NCBI GenBank assembly: GCA_041640635.1
Contig: JBEPZX010000001.1
Location: forward strand, 64,001-128,000
DNA from: Aquificaceae bacterium
GTDB taxonomy: Bacteria > Aquificota > Aquificia > Aquificales > Aquificaceae
DNA: 64,000 bases
Direction: 5' to 3'
Position numbers and translations under genes: made by a program. Below the pieces are notes generated by a model. That model ran no database searches. It saw only the letters and a program-made list of their open reading frames with translations, and was not told where the DNA came from. Shown piece after piece: positions 16,900 to 28,774 of this stretch. Position 1 is the first letter of the stretch. Each line of letters begins with the position of its first letter.

Positions 16900-19800
16900 C
16901 TTGAGCTACCTCGCATTCATCGCTTTCCCCATATGTACTTCTCTTACATTGTTCCAAAGGTATAACTTTATAAAATTTGTTTACAAAGTCAGAGAGATTA
17001 TCCAATATGTATCTTCCCCATGCACTCTGTGTGTACCTTACATGTTTTTCCAATACGCTTTTTAGTTCTTCCGTCTCTCTTTCTTTCAATTTTCTGATTG
17101 TTACGTAACTTGGGTTTATCTTTTTCTCCAAGTCTTCATCGAGGATGTATGCATATCCACCTGTCATTCCAGCACCTACATTGAAGCCAACTTTGCCTAA
17201 AATTACCACCAAGCCACCCGTCATGTATTCACAGCAGTGAAGACCTGCACCCTCTACACAGGCTATAGCTCCACTGTTTCTGACAGCGAAGCGTTCACCT
17301 ACTGTGCCCGCTATATAAAGCTCTCCACCAGTGGCTCCGTAGAGAATAGTATTTCCAGCTATAGTGTGATTTTGAGTGTCCTTTACATCTGTTGGTCTAA
17401 TAACTATTCTTCCACCGTACATCCCCTTACCTACGTAATCGTTAGCATCACCAAAAAGCGTTAAAGACATACCTTTATGATTGAAAGCTCCAAAACTCTG
17501 CCCTGCTGTTCCTCTAAACACCAAGTTTATTGTATCTTCTGGTAAGCCTTCATCTCTATACTTTAATGCTATGTAATAAGCAAGTCTGGTAGGTATGCTT
17601 CTATCTATGTTTCTAATTTCATACTCTTTGTAAACCTTTTCACCCTTTTCTATGTATGGAAGTATTTCTTCTTCTATTTTTTTTGCAAGTTCTGACCGCC
17701 TTGGATTGTCATTTTTTTCTATCGAGCACTTAAGAGGCTTGTCCTTTGAATAATTTTCTTTTAGAAATTCCTCAAGCTTCACTCTCTTGGATCCTGGCAA
17801 ATTGTCAAAGGTTCTTATTTCCAAAAGCTCCTTTCTTCCTATAACTTCATCCAAAGATCTAAAGCCCATAGAAGCTAAAATTTCTCTAACTTCTTGTGCA
17901 ACGGCTTTAAAGTAAGCCATTATGTCTTCCACTTTACCTTTGAACTTAGCTCTATACTTTGGATCTTGAGTAGCTACCCCTGTAGGGCATTGATTGGTGT
18001 GACAAAGTCTTGCCATTACACACCCTTCTGCTATCATAGCTGCTGTTCCGAAACCGAACTCCTCAGCGCCTAAAAGAGCCGCTATTACTACATCCTTACC
18101 TGTGCGCATTCCACCATCAACTCTCAATCTCACTTTATCACGTAAACCATTTTCCATAAGGACTTTGTGCGTTTCAGAAAGTCCTATTTCCCAATAATTA
18201 CCAGCGTTCTTTATAGAAGAGTATGGACTTGCACCTGTTCCACCTTCGTTCCCGCTTATTTGAATTATGTCTGAATAAGCCTTTGCGACACCAGCTGCAA
18301 TTGTTCCTACTCCTGTTTCAGAAACAAGTTTTACACATACTTTAGCCTTTGGGTTGGCTTCCTTTAAGTCGTTTATGAGCTGTGCTAGGTCTTCTATGGA
18401 ATATATATCGTGATGAGGTGGAGGAGAGATAAGTGTTACGCCAGGTTGAGCATGTCTTAATCTTGCTATATACTCATTTACTTTATGTCCAGGAAGCTGT
18501 CCACCTTCTCCAGGTTTTGCTCCTTGAGCTATTTTTATTTCTATATCTTGAGCTGATGCTAAATATGTAGGAGTGACACCAAACCTACCTGACGCTACTT
18601 GTTTTATAGCAGAGTTTTTTATGCTAAAGTACCTTTCGGGATCTTCTCCACCTTCTCCTGAGTTACTTTTCATTCCTAATTTATTGCATGCTTCTGCTAT
18701 AGCTTCGTGAGCTTCTGGTGAGAGAGCCCCAAGAGACATACCACCTGTTACAAATCTTTTGAGAATGCTTTCAACAGGCTCTACTTCATCTATTGGTATA
18801 GGCTTTTCAGCTTTTTTAAAATCTAGCAGATGCCTTATGAATGTAGGATGTTCATTGTTAGCAATTTCTGAATAGGATTTATAGTCTTGGTAATTTTTCG
18901 TCTCCAGAAATCTATGCAAAGATCTGACAACAAAAGGCGACCATGCATGCCACTCGCCACCTTTGCGAAACTTCATTTCACCGCCGTAATCCAAAGATGG
19001 ATTATCTGTTTCAAAGGCTGCATCGTGCCTTGCCAGTAAGCTATCCTGTATTTCAAATATACCATCAGCTTCCAATGTAACGGGTGTTCCCGGGAAGAAC
19101 TCCTCCACAAAGTCCTTATTTAAACACACAGTGTCAAATATCTTTGAGCCTTGATACGAGTTAAGAGTAGATATACCCATCTTAGACATTATCTTTAAGA
19201 GACCATCTTCCAAAGCTTTCTTGTAGTTAAATACAGCCCTGTCGTAAGGTATATCAATCTCACCTTTTTCGCATAGTTCTTTTATGGTTTGGTAAGCAAG
19301 ATAAGGATACACAGCAGAAGCACCATATCCTATCAAGCATGCTATATGGTGAGTGTCTCTTGCTTCACCAGTTTCCACTATCAAGGAGACTTTGTTAGAA
19401 AGACCTCTTTCCGACAACCACTTAAATACAGCCGACACAGCCAGCAAACTAGGCACAGCCAAACGATACTTATTTATGTTCCTATCTGAAAGGATAACTA
19501 TTTGAGCTCCCTCTCTTACAACCTCTTCCACTCTTCTACAGACAATTTCTACACCTAGTCTTAGATCGCATATGCTTATACCTTCGTACATAGCATCGTA
19601 AAGGATATCCGTTATACGCCTCTCACCTGCTAAATCTTGAAGTTCTGCAACGCAGTAGCTTCTTTCTTTTGGATACGTGATAGGTACACGTGCTACTTTA
19701 AAGTGCTCTTGAGTTTCTATTGCCTTAATGTGATACGAAAGTAGTATAGGGCTATCTATCTGAAGCCTTTTTGCATGTTCTGGAGTTTCTTTGAGAAAGT

Positions 19801-21379
19801 TTCTCTTGTATCCAAGGTTCATCCTTAAGGACATTACAGATCTCTCTCTTATAGGGTCTATAGGTGGATTCGTAACTTGCGCAAAGCGTTGTTTGAAGTA
19901 CCTAAACAAAAGAGGTGGTTTTTCTGCCAAAGGTGGAATGGGTGTGTCGTCTCCCATAGAGAAGGTTAATTCTTTTCCTTCTTTGGCAGCATAGGAGATG
20001 ACATTTTTTATTTCTTCTTGTGTGTAACCAAAACTTATCTGTTTTCTTAATATATCCGCATCTTCAGAAATATCTATGTTCCAGTCATTTATTACGTCTA
20101 TAAGCCTTACCAGATTTTTAGAAAGCCACTCAGAATAGGGCTTTTGTGAAGAAAGCTCCTCTAGTATTTCTTGTGTTTCTTTTACAGTACCATTCGAAAG
20201 ATCTACAAGCAATGTATCTCCAGGTCCTAACCTTCCCTTTTTCTCAATTTCTTTTTCACTAAGATCTATCATACCAACTTCTGAACCAAGAACCAAAATA
20301 CCATCCTTTGTTAAAATGTATCTGGCAGGTCTTAAACCATTCCTGTCTAGGTGTGCACCTATAACTCTACCATCGGTGAAGGCTATTGCCGCAGGTCCAT
20401 CCCATGGTTTCATAAGTAGAGACTGGTACTCAAAAAAGTCTCTAAACTCTTTAGGCATATCTGGAACGCTTTCCCAAGCTGGAGGAATTAGCATATTTAT
20501 GGCGTGTTCGGGTTTGTAACCAACTAGACACAAAAGGTCAAAGACTTTATCTAGAGAAGCAGAATCACTCTCATCGTAACTTACCAATGGTTTGATTAAC
20601 TTAATTCTATCTCCCAAGATCTCATGTTCAAGCTCATGTGAAATAGCCACCATCCAGTTTCTGTTACCTAATACCGTGTTTATTTCTCCATTATGTGCTA
20701 GATACCTAAAAGGTTGCGCCAATTTCCAATTAGGGAATGTATTAGTGGAATATCTTTGATGAAACAGGCATATAGCCGACTCTATTCTCTCATCTAGAAG
20801 CTCTGGGTAAAAAATATCCAATTGAGGAGCAACTAACATGCCTTTATAAACCATTGTGCGTGTGGATAAAGACGCTATGTAAACTTTATCTTTTATTTTC
20901 TTGTCTGTTTCTATAAGACGTCTCAAAAAGTATAGCTCTAATTCTCTTCTCTCTTGTTCCACCTTTTCGCAATCTAGCAAAAGATGGAATATTTTTGGCA
21001 TGACCTTTAGCGCCGATTCCCCTACGGCACCTTTATCTATAGGAACTTCTCTCCAAGCTACGAATGTAAAAGATGTTTTATTGATTATTTCTTGTATATG
21101 TTGTCTTAAATCTTCGTAAAAAAATAAAACTCCTACTGCTAAGTTATCTATACTGGAGATATCCAAGAACTCCTCACTCAAATAGTCCTGAAAGAATTTC
21201 CTGGGTATCTGTATAAGAATTCCTGCTCCATCGCCTGTTTTACCATCGCCTCCTACAGCACCTCTATGAGTTAAGTTTTTTACAGCTGTTATTCCCCACT
21301 TAACTATTTGATGACTTGGAACTCCACTTATGTTGCACACAAAACCTACGCCACAAGAATCGTATTCTCTAACCTCCAT
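16883..21379 (-). CDS. gltB: Glutamate synthase large subunit (no adjacent gltD; probably ferredoxin-dependent)
   Basis: DSCGVGF (catalytic N-terminal Cys), HQRYSTNT, HNGEIN, PWDGPA, QGAKPGEGG, 3Fe-4S CVMARLCHTNQCP; SD GAGGTG before ATG 21379. Confidence 0.96.
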   Translation of the reverse strand: MEVREYDSCGVGFVCNISGVPSHQIVKWGITAVKNLTHRGAVGGDGKTGDGAGILIQIPRKFFQDYLSEEFLDISSIDNLAVGVLFFYEDLRQHIQEIINKTSFTFVAWREVPIDKGAVGESALKVMPKIFHLLLDCEKVEQERRELELYFLRRLIETDKKIKDKVYIASLSTRTMVYKGMLVAPQLDIFYPELLDERIESAICLFHQRYSTNTFPNWKLAQPFRYLAHNGEINTVLGNRNWMVAISHELEHEILGDRIKLIKPLVSYDESDSASLDKVFDLLCLVGYKPEHAINMLIPPAWESVPDMPKEFRDFFEYQSLLMKPWDGPAAIAFTDGRVIGAHLDRNGLRPARYILTKDGILVLGSEVGMIDLSEKEIEKKGRLGPGDTLLVDLSNGTVKETQEILEELSSQKPYSEWLSKNLVRLIDVINDWNIDISEDADILRKQISFGYTQEEIKNVISYAAKEGKELTFSMGDDTPIPPLAEKPPLLFRYFKQRFAQVTNPPIDPIRERSVMSLRMNLGYKRNFLKETPEHAKRLQIDSPILLSYHIKAIETQEHFKVARVPITYPKERSYCVAELQDLAGERRITDILYDAMYEGISICDLRLGVEIVCRRVEEVVREGAQIVILSDRNINKYRLAVPSLLAVSAVFKWLSERGLSNKVSLIVETGEARDTHHIACLIGYGASAVYPYLAYQTIKELCEKGEIDIPYDRAVFNYKKALEDGLLKIMSKMGISTLNSYQGSKIFDTVCLNKDFVEEFFPGTPVTLEADGIFEIQDSLLARHDAAFETDNPSLDYGGEMKFRKGGEWHAWSPFVVRSLHRFLETKNYQDYKSYSEIANNEHPTFIRHLLDFKKAEKPIPIDEVEPVESILKRFVTGGMSLGALSPEAHEAIAEACNKLGMKSNSGEGGEDPERYFSIKNSAIKQVASGRFGVTPTYLASAQDIEIKIAQGAKPGEGGQLPGHKVNEYIARLRHAQPGVTLISPPPHHDIYSIEDLAQLINDLKEANPKAKVCVKLVSETGVGTIAAGVAKAYSDIIQISGNEGGTGASPYSSIKNAGNYWEIGLSETHKVLMENGLRDKVRLRVDGGMRTGKDVVIAALLGAEEFGFGTAAMIAEGCVMARLCHTNQCPTGVATQDPKYRAKFKGKVEDIMAYFKAVAQEVREILASMGFRSLDEVIGRKELLEIRTFDNLPGSKRVKLEEFLKENYSKDKPLKCSIEKNDNPRRSELAKKIEEEILPYIEKGEKVYKEYEIRNIDRSIPTRLAYYIALKYRDEGLPEDTINLVFRGTAGQSFGAFNHKGMSLTLFGDANDYVGKGMYGGRIVIRPTDVKDTQNHTIAGNTILYGATGGELYIAGTVGERFAVRNSGAIACVEGAGLHCCEYMTGGLVVILGKVGFNVGAGMTGGYAYILDEDLEKKINPSYVTIRKLKERETEELKSVLEKHVRYTQSAWGRYILDNLSDFVNKFYKVIPLEQCKRSTYGESDECEVAQAERKA

Positions 21380-21523
21380 ACTTTCACCTCTCATAGACAA
21401 AATGGCATATTATTTTAAAATAAACGAAACTTAAAAAACATGCAATTTATTTATGTCTAAAAGACTAAATTTTAAAAGGAGATTGACCAACTATTCATTA
21501 ATAGTGATTCTATATTTATAGCT

Positions 21524-21775
21524 ATGTGCTTAGCTATACCATCAAAAGTTATACAGATACTTGAGGAAAATAGAGCTGTTGTAGATACACTAGGGACTAG
21601 GCGCATCGTATCACTGGATCTAATTCAAGAGGATATAAAATTGGGAGACTATCTTTTAATTCACGTAGGTTTTGCAATAGCTAAGCTGGATCAAAATTAC
21701 GCTTTAGAATCGCTGAAACTACTTGAAGAGATAATACAAAGGGAGGAGGTGGATGAAGGAAGAAACGTTGTTTAA
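21524..21775 (+). CDS. hypC: Hydrogenase maturation chaperone HypC
   Basis: MCLAIP N-terminus, LIHVGFA. Confidence 0.96.
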   Translation: MCLAIPSKVIQILEENRAVVDTLGTRRIVSLDLIQEDIKLGDYLLIHVGFAIAKLDQNYALESLKLLEEIIQREEVDEGRNVV

Positions 21776-22862
21776 TGTATTCAAGGATGCTAAGATAGTT
21801 AACGCGTTAATTAGAGAAATAAAGAATAGGATAGACACTTTTGGAAGAAAGCCCATTTACATAATGGAGTTTTGTGGAGGACATACTCATGCAATTGTGA
21901 AAAATGGTATTGATCAGCTTTTAAAAGGCTATGTTAGTTTTGTCCACGGTCCAGGTTGTCCTGTATGTGTTTTAGCTCAAAGAAGAATAGACCTTGCTAT
22001 AGAACTTGCAAAAATGAATTTCATTCTATGTGTGTACGGTGATATGCTAAGAGTTCCAGGATCGCAAAAGCAAAGCCTTATGGATATGAAAGCTCAGGGT
22101 TTGGATATTAGAATGGTTTATTCTTGTTTAGACACTATAGATATTTCTCTTGAGAATCCTGATAGAAATGTAGTGTTCTTCGCTATAGGTTTCGAAACTA
22201 CAACACCTCAAACAGCAGCTTTGATATTAAGGGCAAAACATACGAACATAAATAATCTCTATGTGGTTTGCAATCATGTTAAGACTCCACCAGTTATTGA
22301 ATATATACTAAAACAGGGTAAAGCCAAAGTAGATGCCATTATAGGTCCGGGACATGTAAGCGCAATAATAGGAACTAAACCGTATGAACATCTTGTAAGA
22401 GAATTTAAAAAACCCATAGTTATATCAGGATTCGAACCTGTTGATATTTTGAGGGCTACTTTAGCTATTGTTAATCAGTTAAATAAAGAGGTTTTTAGAG
22501 TAGAAAACGTGTACGAAAGAGTAGTTAGTCAAGAAGGTAATACCAAAGCTCAATTGCTTATAAAAGAAGTTTTTGAAGATAGAAAATCTTTTGAATTTAG
22601 AGGATTAGGCCAAGTTCCGTACTCTGCCTTTGCGATAAAAGAGAAATATAGAAAATACGATGCTGAAGTTGTTTTTGATATAAATTTACCTCCTCAAAAA
22701 GAATTAAAAGGCTGTATATGCGGAGATGTATTAAGCGGGCTTAGATCTCCACTAGATTGCAAACTCTTTGGAAACATCTGCACTCCAAAAAATCCCATAG
22801 GTTCCTGTATGGTATCTTCGGAAGGTGCTTGTAACGCCTATTATAGGTACAAAATAGCGTAA
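21753..22862 (+). CDS. hypD: Hydrogenase maturation protein HypD
   Basis: MEFCGGHT, GPGCPVC, GFETT, GPGHVS, CMVSSEGAC. Confidence 0.96.
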   Translation: MKEETLFNVFKDAKIVNALIREIKNRIDTFGRKPIYIMEFCGGHTHAIVKNGIDQLLKGYVSFVHGPGCPVCVLAQRRIDLAIELAKMNFILCVYGDMLRVPGSQKQSLMDMKAQGLDIRMVYSCLDTIDISLENPDRNVVFFAIGFETTTPQTAALILRAKHTNINNLYVVCNHVKTPPVIEYILKQGKAKVDAIIGPGHVSAIIGTKPYEHLVREFKKPIVISGFEPVDILRATLAIVNQLNKEVFRVENVYERVVSQEGNTKAQLLIKEVFEDRKSFEFRGLGQVPYSAFAIKEKYRKYDAEVVFDINLPPQKELKGCICGDVLSGLRSPLDCKLFGNICTPKNPIGSCMVSSEGACNAYYRYKIA

Positions 22863-22895
22863 AAGATAATACGAAAAACTTTTTGATATAATTAA

Positions 22896-24353
<1,458 letters not shown>

Positions 24354-24421
24354 ATAAAGATCTATATTGGTGAATGTTTTTTTATTGTTTTTTTAAAAAA
24401 TGAGTATATAATATTAAACTT

Positions 24422-24874
24422 ATGATATACTCAGACACTGTAAGATATGCTCTTTTGGCTCTGGCTTACCTTGCATTAAACAGAGACAGGTTAGTAAAGG
24501 TAGAAGAGATAGCGGAAGCTCAGAATATCCCTAAACCCTTTCTTTCCAAGATATTCCATAAACTTTCAAGAGAGATGGTTCTAAAATCTTATAAGGGTCC
24601 AAACGGTGGTTTTGCTTTCGCTATACCTCCGGAAAATATTACAATTTTCGATTTAATGAGATACTTGGATGAAGATTATAAACTTGATCTATGTGCTTTA
24701 AGACCAGAAAGGTGCGAAAAATACGAGTTTGCACCCTGTGTTATACATGAAAAATGGACAAATGTAAGACGTCAAATACTAGAATACCTAAGAACAGTAA
24801 CTATTGCAAATTTGGCAGAAGCTGAGGCAAAATTCACTAAAGATAAAGAGGAAATTTCACTAGAAAAGGTTTAA
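24422..24874 (+). CDS. Rrf2-family transcriptional regulator with C-x6-C-x7-C-x2-H putative Fe-S ligands
   Basis: YAL.AL..LA, IAEAQNIP..FL.KI, S.KGPNGGF, CALRPERC...PCVIH. Confidence 0.9.
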   Translation: MIYSDTVRYALLALAYLALNRDRLVKVEEIAEAQNIPKPFLSKIFHKLSREMVLKSYKGPNGGFAFAIPPENITIFDLMRYLDEDYKLDLCALRPERCEKYEFAPCVIHEKWTNVRRQILEYLRTVTIANLAEAEAKFTKDKEEISLEKV

Positions 24875-24914
24875 TGGTGTGTTAGCTTTGCCTTTTCATG
24901 TTAAAATATAACGA

Positions 24915-26162
24915 ATGCTTAAAGATTACAATCCTTACTTAGAATACAAAAACGGAGAACTTTTTATAGAAGGATTATCACTAAAGGATTTAGCGAAAGA
25001 ATTTGGAACCCCACTATATGTATATAGTGCCTCATTTATAAGAGAAAGAATTAACGCATACAAGAAGGCATTCCCTGGGGCTCTCATATGCTATGCTGTT
25101 AAAGCAAACTTCAATCCTCACATAATAAAAATCGCAAAGGAAGAAGGAGCTGGAGCTGATATAGTTTCTGGAGGTGAGCTCTTCTGTGCCTTAAAAGCTG
25201 GTGTAGATTCGCAGAAAATAGTTTACGCGGGTGTCGGTAAAACACTTCCAGAAATAGAATACGCACTAAGAGAAGACATACTAATGTTTAATGTCGAATC
25301 TATTATGGAGTTGGATGTGTTAAACCATGTTGCCAAAAAACTCGGCAAAAAAGCAAGAGTAGCTATAAGAGTTAATCCTGACGTGGATCCCAAAACTCAC
25401 CCATACATATCTACAGGTATGAAAAAAAGCAAATTTGGAGTGGATATAAGCACGGCAAAAAAGGAGTATGAATACGCAAGGAAACTCGAAAACATAGAGG
25501 TAGTAGGTATTCACTGCCATATAGGTTCGCAAATTTTGGATATTTCACCTTATATAGAAGCTGTTGAAAAAGTATTAGATCTATACAAGTATCTAACAAA
25601 GGAAGGTTTCAACATAAAGTATGTGGATATTGGTGGCGGACTGGGCATAAAGTATAAACCTGATCAATCTAATGCGGAACCACAAGATCTAGCCGATGCT
25701 ATAAGATCTTACATTAGAGAGTTTGATGCTCAGTTAATTCTCGAACCTGGACGTTCTGTGGTTGGAAACGCTGGTATACTGCTAACGCAGGTGCAGTTCT
25801 TAAAAGATAAAGGTCACAAACATTTCGTAATTGTCGATGCCGGAATGAATGACCTCGTTAGACCAGCTATGTACGACGCTTACCATCATATTGTTCCCGT
25901 TACTAAAAAAGATAGCAGATACATAAAGTGTGACATAGTAGGACCTATATGTGAAACAGGAGACTTCTTAGCATTGGACAGAGAGATAGAACAAGTTGAA
26001 CGAGAGGACTATCTGGCTGTTCTTTCTGCTGGCGCCTACGGTTTTGCCATGTCATCTCAATATAATGTAAGACCTAGAGCCTGCGAAGTTCTTGTGGAAA
26101 AAGGTTCTTACAAAGTTATCAGAAAACGAGAAACTTATGAATCTATTATAGATATGGTATAA
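24915..26162 (+). CDS. lysA: Diaminopimelate decarboxylase
   Basis: YAVKAN, SKFG, HCHIGSQ, EPGR, GPICETGD, GAYG. Confidence 0.97.
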   Translation: MLKDYNPYLEYKNGELFIEGLSLKDLAKEFGTPLYVYSASFIRERINAYKKAFPGALICYAVKANFNPHIIKIAKEEGAGADIVSGGELFCALKAGVDSQKIVYAGVGKTLPEIEYALREDILMFNVESIMELDVLNHVAKKLGKKARVAIRVNPDVDPKTHPYISTGMKKSKFGVDISTAKKEYEYARKLENIEVVGIHCHIGSQILDISPYIEAVEKVLDLYKYLTKEGFNIKYVDIGGGLGIKYKPDQSNAEPQDLADAIRSYIREFDAQLILEPGRSVVGNAGILLTQVQFLKDKGHKHFVIVDAGMNDLVRPAMYDAYHHIVPVTKKDSRYIKCDIVGPICETGDFLALDREIEQVEREDYLAVLSAGAYGFAMSSQYNVRPRACEVLVEKGSYKVIRKRETYESIIDMV

Positions 26163-26187
26163 TAAGGTGTTTGCTTAGGAGGTAGTT

Positions 26188-26553
26188 ATGAGAGTAAAGG
26201 GACCATCTTCCAAAAGGTTTAAAAAGAAAATTTTAAAACTTGCCAAGGGTTTTAGAGGACAAAGAAAGAACGTTTATAGAAGGGCAAAAGAGTATGTTTT
26301 TAGAGCTCTTCAATATCAATACAGAGACAGACGCCAGCGCAAGAGAGAGTTTAGGCGCTTGTGGATAGCTCGTATAAATGCTGCAGTAAGACCTTACGGT
26401 TTATCTTATAGTAAGTTTATGCATGGAGTAGCTTTGGCTAATATTCCATTGAATAGAAAAATGCTTGCCGAATTGGCTATAACAGATCCACAGGCTTTTG
26501 CTCAGGTAGTGGAAAGGGTTAAAAAAGTTCTTTCTGAACTACAACCAGCATAA
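26188..26553 (+). CDS. rplT: 50S ribosomal protein L20
   Basis: [35 protein letters not shown]. Confidence 0.98.
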   Translation: MRVKGPSSKRFKKKILKLAKGFRGQRKNVYRRAKEYVFRALQYQYRDRRQRKREFRRLWIARINAAVRPYGLSYSKFMHGVALANIPLNRKMLAELAITDPQAFAQVVERVKKVLSELQPA

Positions 26554-27563
26554 TGAACATAGAGGAAATACTAAAAAGTGCGGAACAAGATATTTCTTCT
26601 TGTTCTCAACTTCATGAACTTTACGCAACGAAAGCCAAATATATAGGGAAGGAAGGCATTGTCACTAATCTGATAAAAACGCTAAAAAATCTGTCGCCAG
26701 AAGAAAAAAAACTTTATGGACAAAGGATAAATTCACTAAAGGAACAGCTTGAAGAGCTCTTTAAAGAAAAAGAAAAACAAATAAAAGAACAAGAAGTACA
26801 GTTAGCTTTACAAAAGGAATGGGTTGATCTGACTTTCCCCATTGAAAACTCTATTGGTCATTATCATCCAATTAGCCTAACATTAGAAAGAATAAGGGAA
26901 ATCTTTTTAAGTATGGGTTTTGAAGTAATGGAAGGTCCAGAAGTAGAAAGAGAAGACTATAACTTTGACCTTTTAAATATTCCAAAGGAACATCCCGCAA
27001 GGGATATGCAAGACACATTCTATGTGAACAAAGAAGGTTATCTTCTAAGAACACATACTTCCCCAGTGCAGATAAGAACCATGCTCTCAAAAAAACCACC
27101 CATCTATATGATAGCTCCAGGGAAAGTATACAGAAGAGATGACGATCCTACGCACTCTCCCATGTTTCATCAAGTGGAAGGTTTAGTGATAACTCAAGAT
27201 GCGAACTTTAGACATATGAAATACACTATACATACCTTTTTAAAAGCCTTTTTTGAAAAAGATGTGAAGCTAAGATTTAGAAGTTCTTACTTCCCATTTA
27301 CCGAGCCTTCTGCAGAGGTGGACATAGGATGCATTATATGCGGTGGTGTAGGCTGTAGAGTTTGTAAAGGAAGCGGTTGGCTAGAAGTTATGGGATGCGG
27401 CATGGTACATCCACAGGTGCTTAAAAACTGTAATGTAGATCCAGAAACATACCAGGGTTTCGCCTTTGGTATGGGAGTTGAGCGCCTTTGTATGCTTTAC
27501 TATCAGATAGATAACATTAAGCTCTTTTACGAAAATGATCTTAGGTTTATAAGTCAATTTTAG
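26553..27563 (+). CDS. pheS: Phenylalanine-tRNA ligase alpha subunit
   Basis: HPARDMQDTF, LRTHTS, FHQVEG, FPFTEPS, GFAFGMGVER. Confidence 0.98.
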   Translation: MNIEEILKSAEQDISSCSQLHELYATKAKYIGKEGIVTNLIKTLKNLSPEEKKLYGQRINSLKEQLEELFKEKEKQIKEQEVQLALQKEWVDLTFPIENSIGHYHPISLTLERIREIFLSMGFEVMEGPEVEREDYNFDLLNIPKEHPARDMQDTFYVNKEGYLLRTHTSPVQIRTMLSKKPPIYMIAPGKVYRRDDDPTHSPMFHQVEGLVITQDANFRHMKYTIHTFLKAFFEKDVKLRFRSSYFPFTEPSAEVDIGCIICGGVGCRVCKGSGWLEVMGCGMVHPQVLKNCNVDPETYQGFAFGMGVERLCMLYYQIDNIKLFYENDLRFISQF

Positions 27564-27571
27564 GAGCTTTT

Positions 27572-28765
27572 ATGCTTAAAGAGTTCACAGCTCATGAAAG
27601 GAAAGTGGTATTGGGTATAACTTTCGCTGTGGCAGTGAGAATGCTTGGTCTTTTTCTTTTGCTTCCTGTACTTTCTCCATACGTGGCTACCTTAGAAAAT
27701 TCTACACCTGAATTGGTAGGACTTTCCATAGGTGTATATGGCTTCGCTCAGGCCTTTTTGCAGATCCCCTTTGGATACCTATCTGACAAATACGGTAGAA
27801 AGCCTGTAATTATAGTTGGAATGTTAACTTACATAATAGGGAGCTTAGTTGGAGGGATAGTGAAAACGGCAAATTTAATGGTGTTGGCTCGTTTTGTACA
27901 AGGTTTTGGAGCTGTTTCTTCAGCAATGACAGCCCTTTCTGCGGACTTAGTTCGCGAAGAAGTAAGAACTAGAGCTTTTGCACATATAGGTGCGTCCATA
28001 GGATTGGTTTTCGCTTTGAGTATAGTGATAGCTCCTTATATTGCTGGTAAATTTGGAGTTCCTTTTCTTTTTTTCATTACGGCTTTTTTAAGCTTTATAG
28101 CTACCGCTTATATAGCTTTTTTTATACCAGAACCTAAGGTTTATTCTAACGAAAGGAAAATACAACCAAGTTGGTCCAATATACTAAAAATAATTAAAAG
28201 CAAAGATCAACTTTTTCTAAACTTTTCTATTGGATTGCTACATGCTTACTTAGTCGCCATTTTTACCATAATTCCCTATGAGTTGGTATACGCATACAAT
28301 TTTCCAAAAGTAGAACATTGGAAAATTTATTTACCATCTATACTAATATCATTAATCATTATGGTACCTGCTATTGTATGGGCTGAAAAGAAACATAAAT
28401 TTAGCCCCGTATTTTTATCAGGAATATCCTTCATAGGATTTGGTCTATTGGTTATATTACTTTTCAACAACTTTTTTTCTAATATACTACTTTTCCTTTT
28501 GTTCTTTATAGGATTTAATTTCTTAGAGCCTATCATACCATCACTCTTGGTGAGGCTGACATCAAAGGAAGTACGAGGACTTTCGCTAGGCTTTTTTAAT
28601 ACTACCCAGTTTATTGGAGCTTTCGTAGGTGGAATGTGGGGTGGATATGCCTTAAAGCATGGAGAATCATTCTTTTTATTGCCAGGAATTTTTGTAGTGA
28701 TTGTTTGGTTATTAATAAGCTTTGTCTATCTTAAGAATTTATCCGTACCTAAAAAGATGGTATAA
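27572..28765 (+). CDS. MFS transporter (YajR-like)
   Basis: RMLGLF, QIPFGYLSDKYGRKP; about 12 TM segments. Confidence 0.88.
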   Translation: MLKEFTAHERKVVLGITFAVAVRMLGLFLLLPVLSPYVATLENSTPELVGLSIGVYGFAQAFLQIPFGYLSDKYGRKPVIIVGMLTYIIGSLVGGIVKTANLMVLARFVQGFGAVSSAMTALSADLVREEVRTRAFAHIGASIGLVFALSIVIAPYIAGKFGVPFLFFITAFLSFIATAYIAFFIPEPKVYSNERKIQPSWSNILKIIKSKDQLFLNFSIGLLHAYLVAIFTIIPYELVYAYNFPKVEHWKIYLPSILISLIIMVPAIVWAEKKHKFSPVFLSGISFIGFGLLVILLFNNFFSNILLFLLFFIGFNFLEPIIPSLLVRLTSKEVRGLSLGFFNTTQFIGAFVGGMWGGYALKHGESFFLLPGIFVVIVWLLISFVYLKNLSVPKKMV

Positions 28766-28774
28766 TCTTAATAC

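Noticed and set aside
19555..19675. Intein in gltB
   Set aside because: Insertion is only a few tens of residues and lacks the C-terminal HN splice motif
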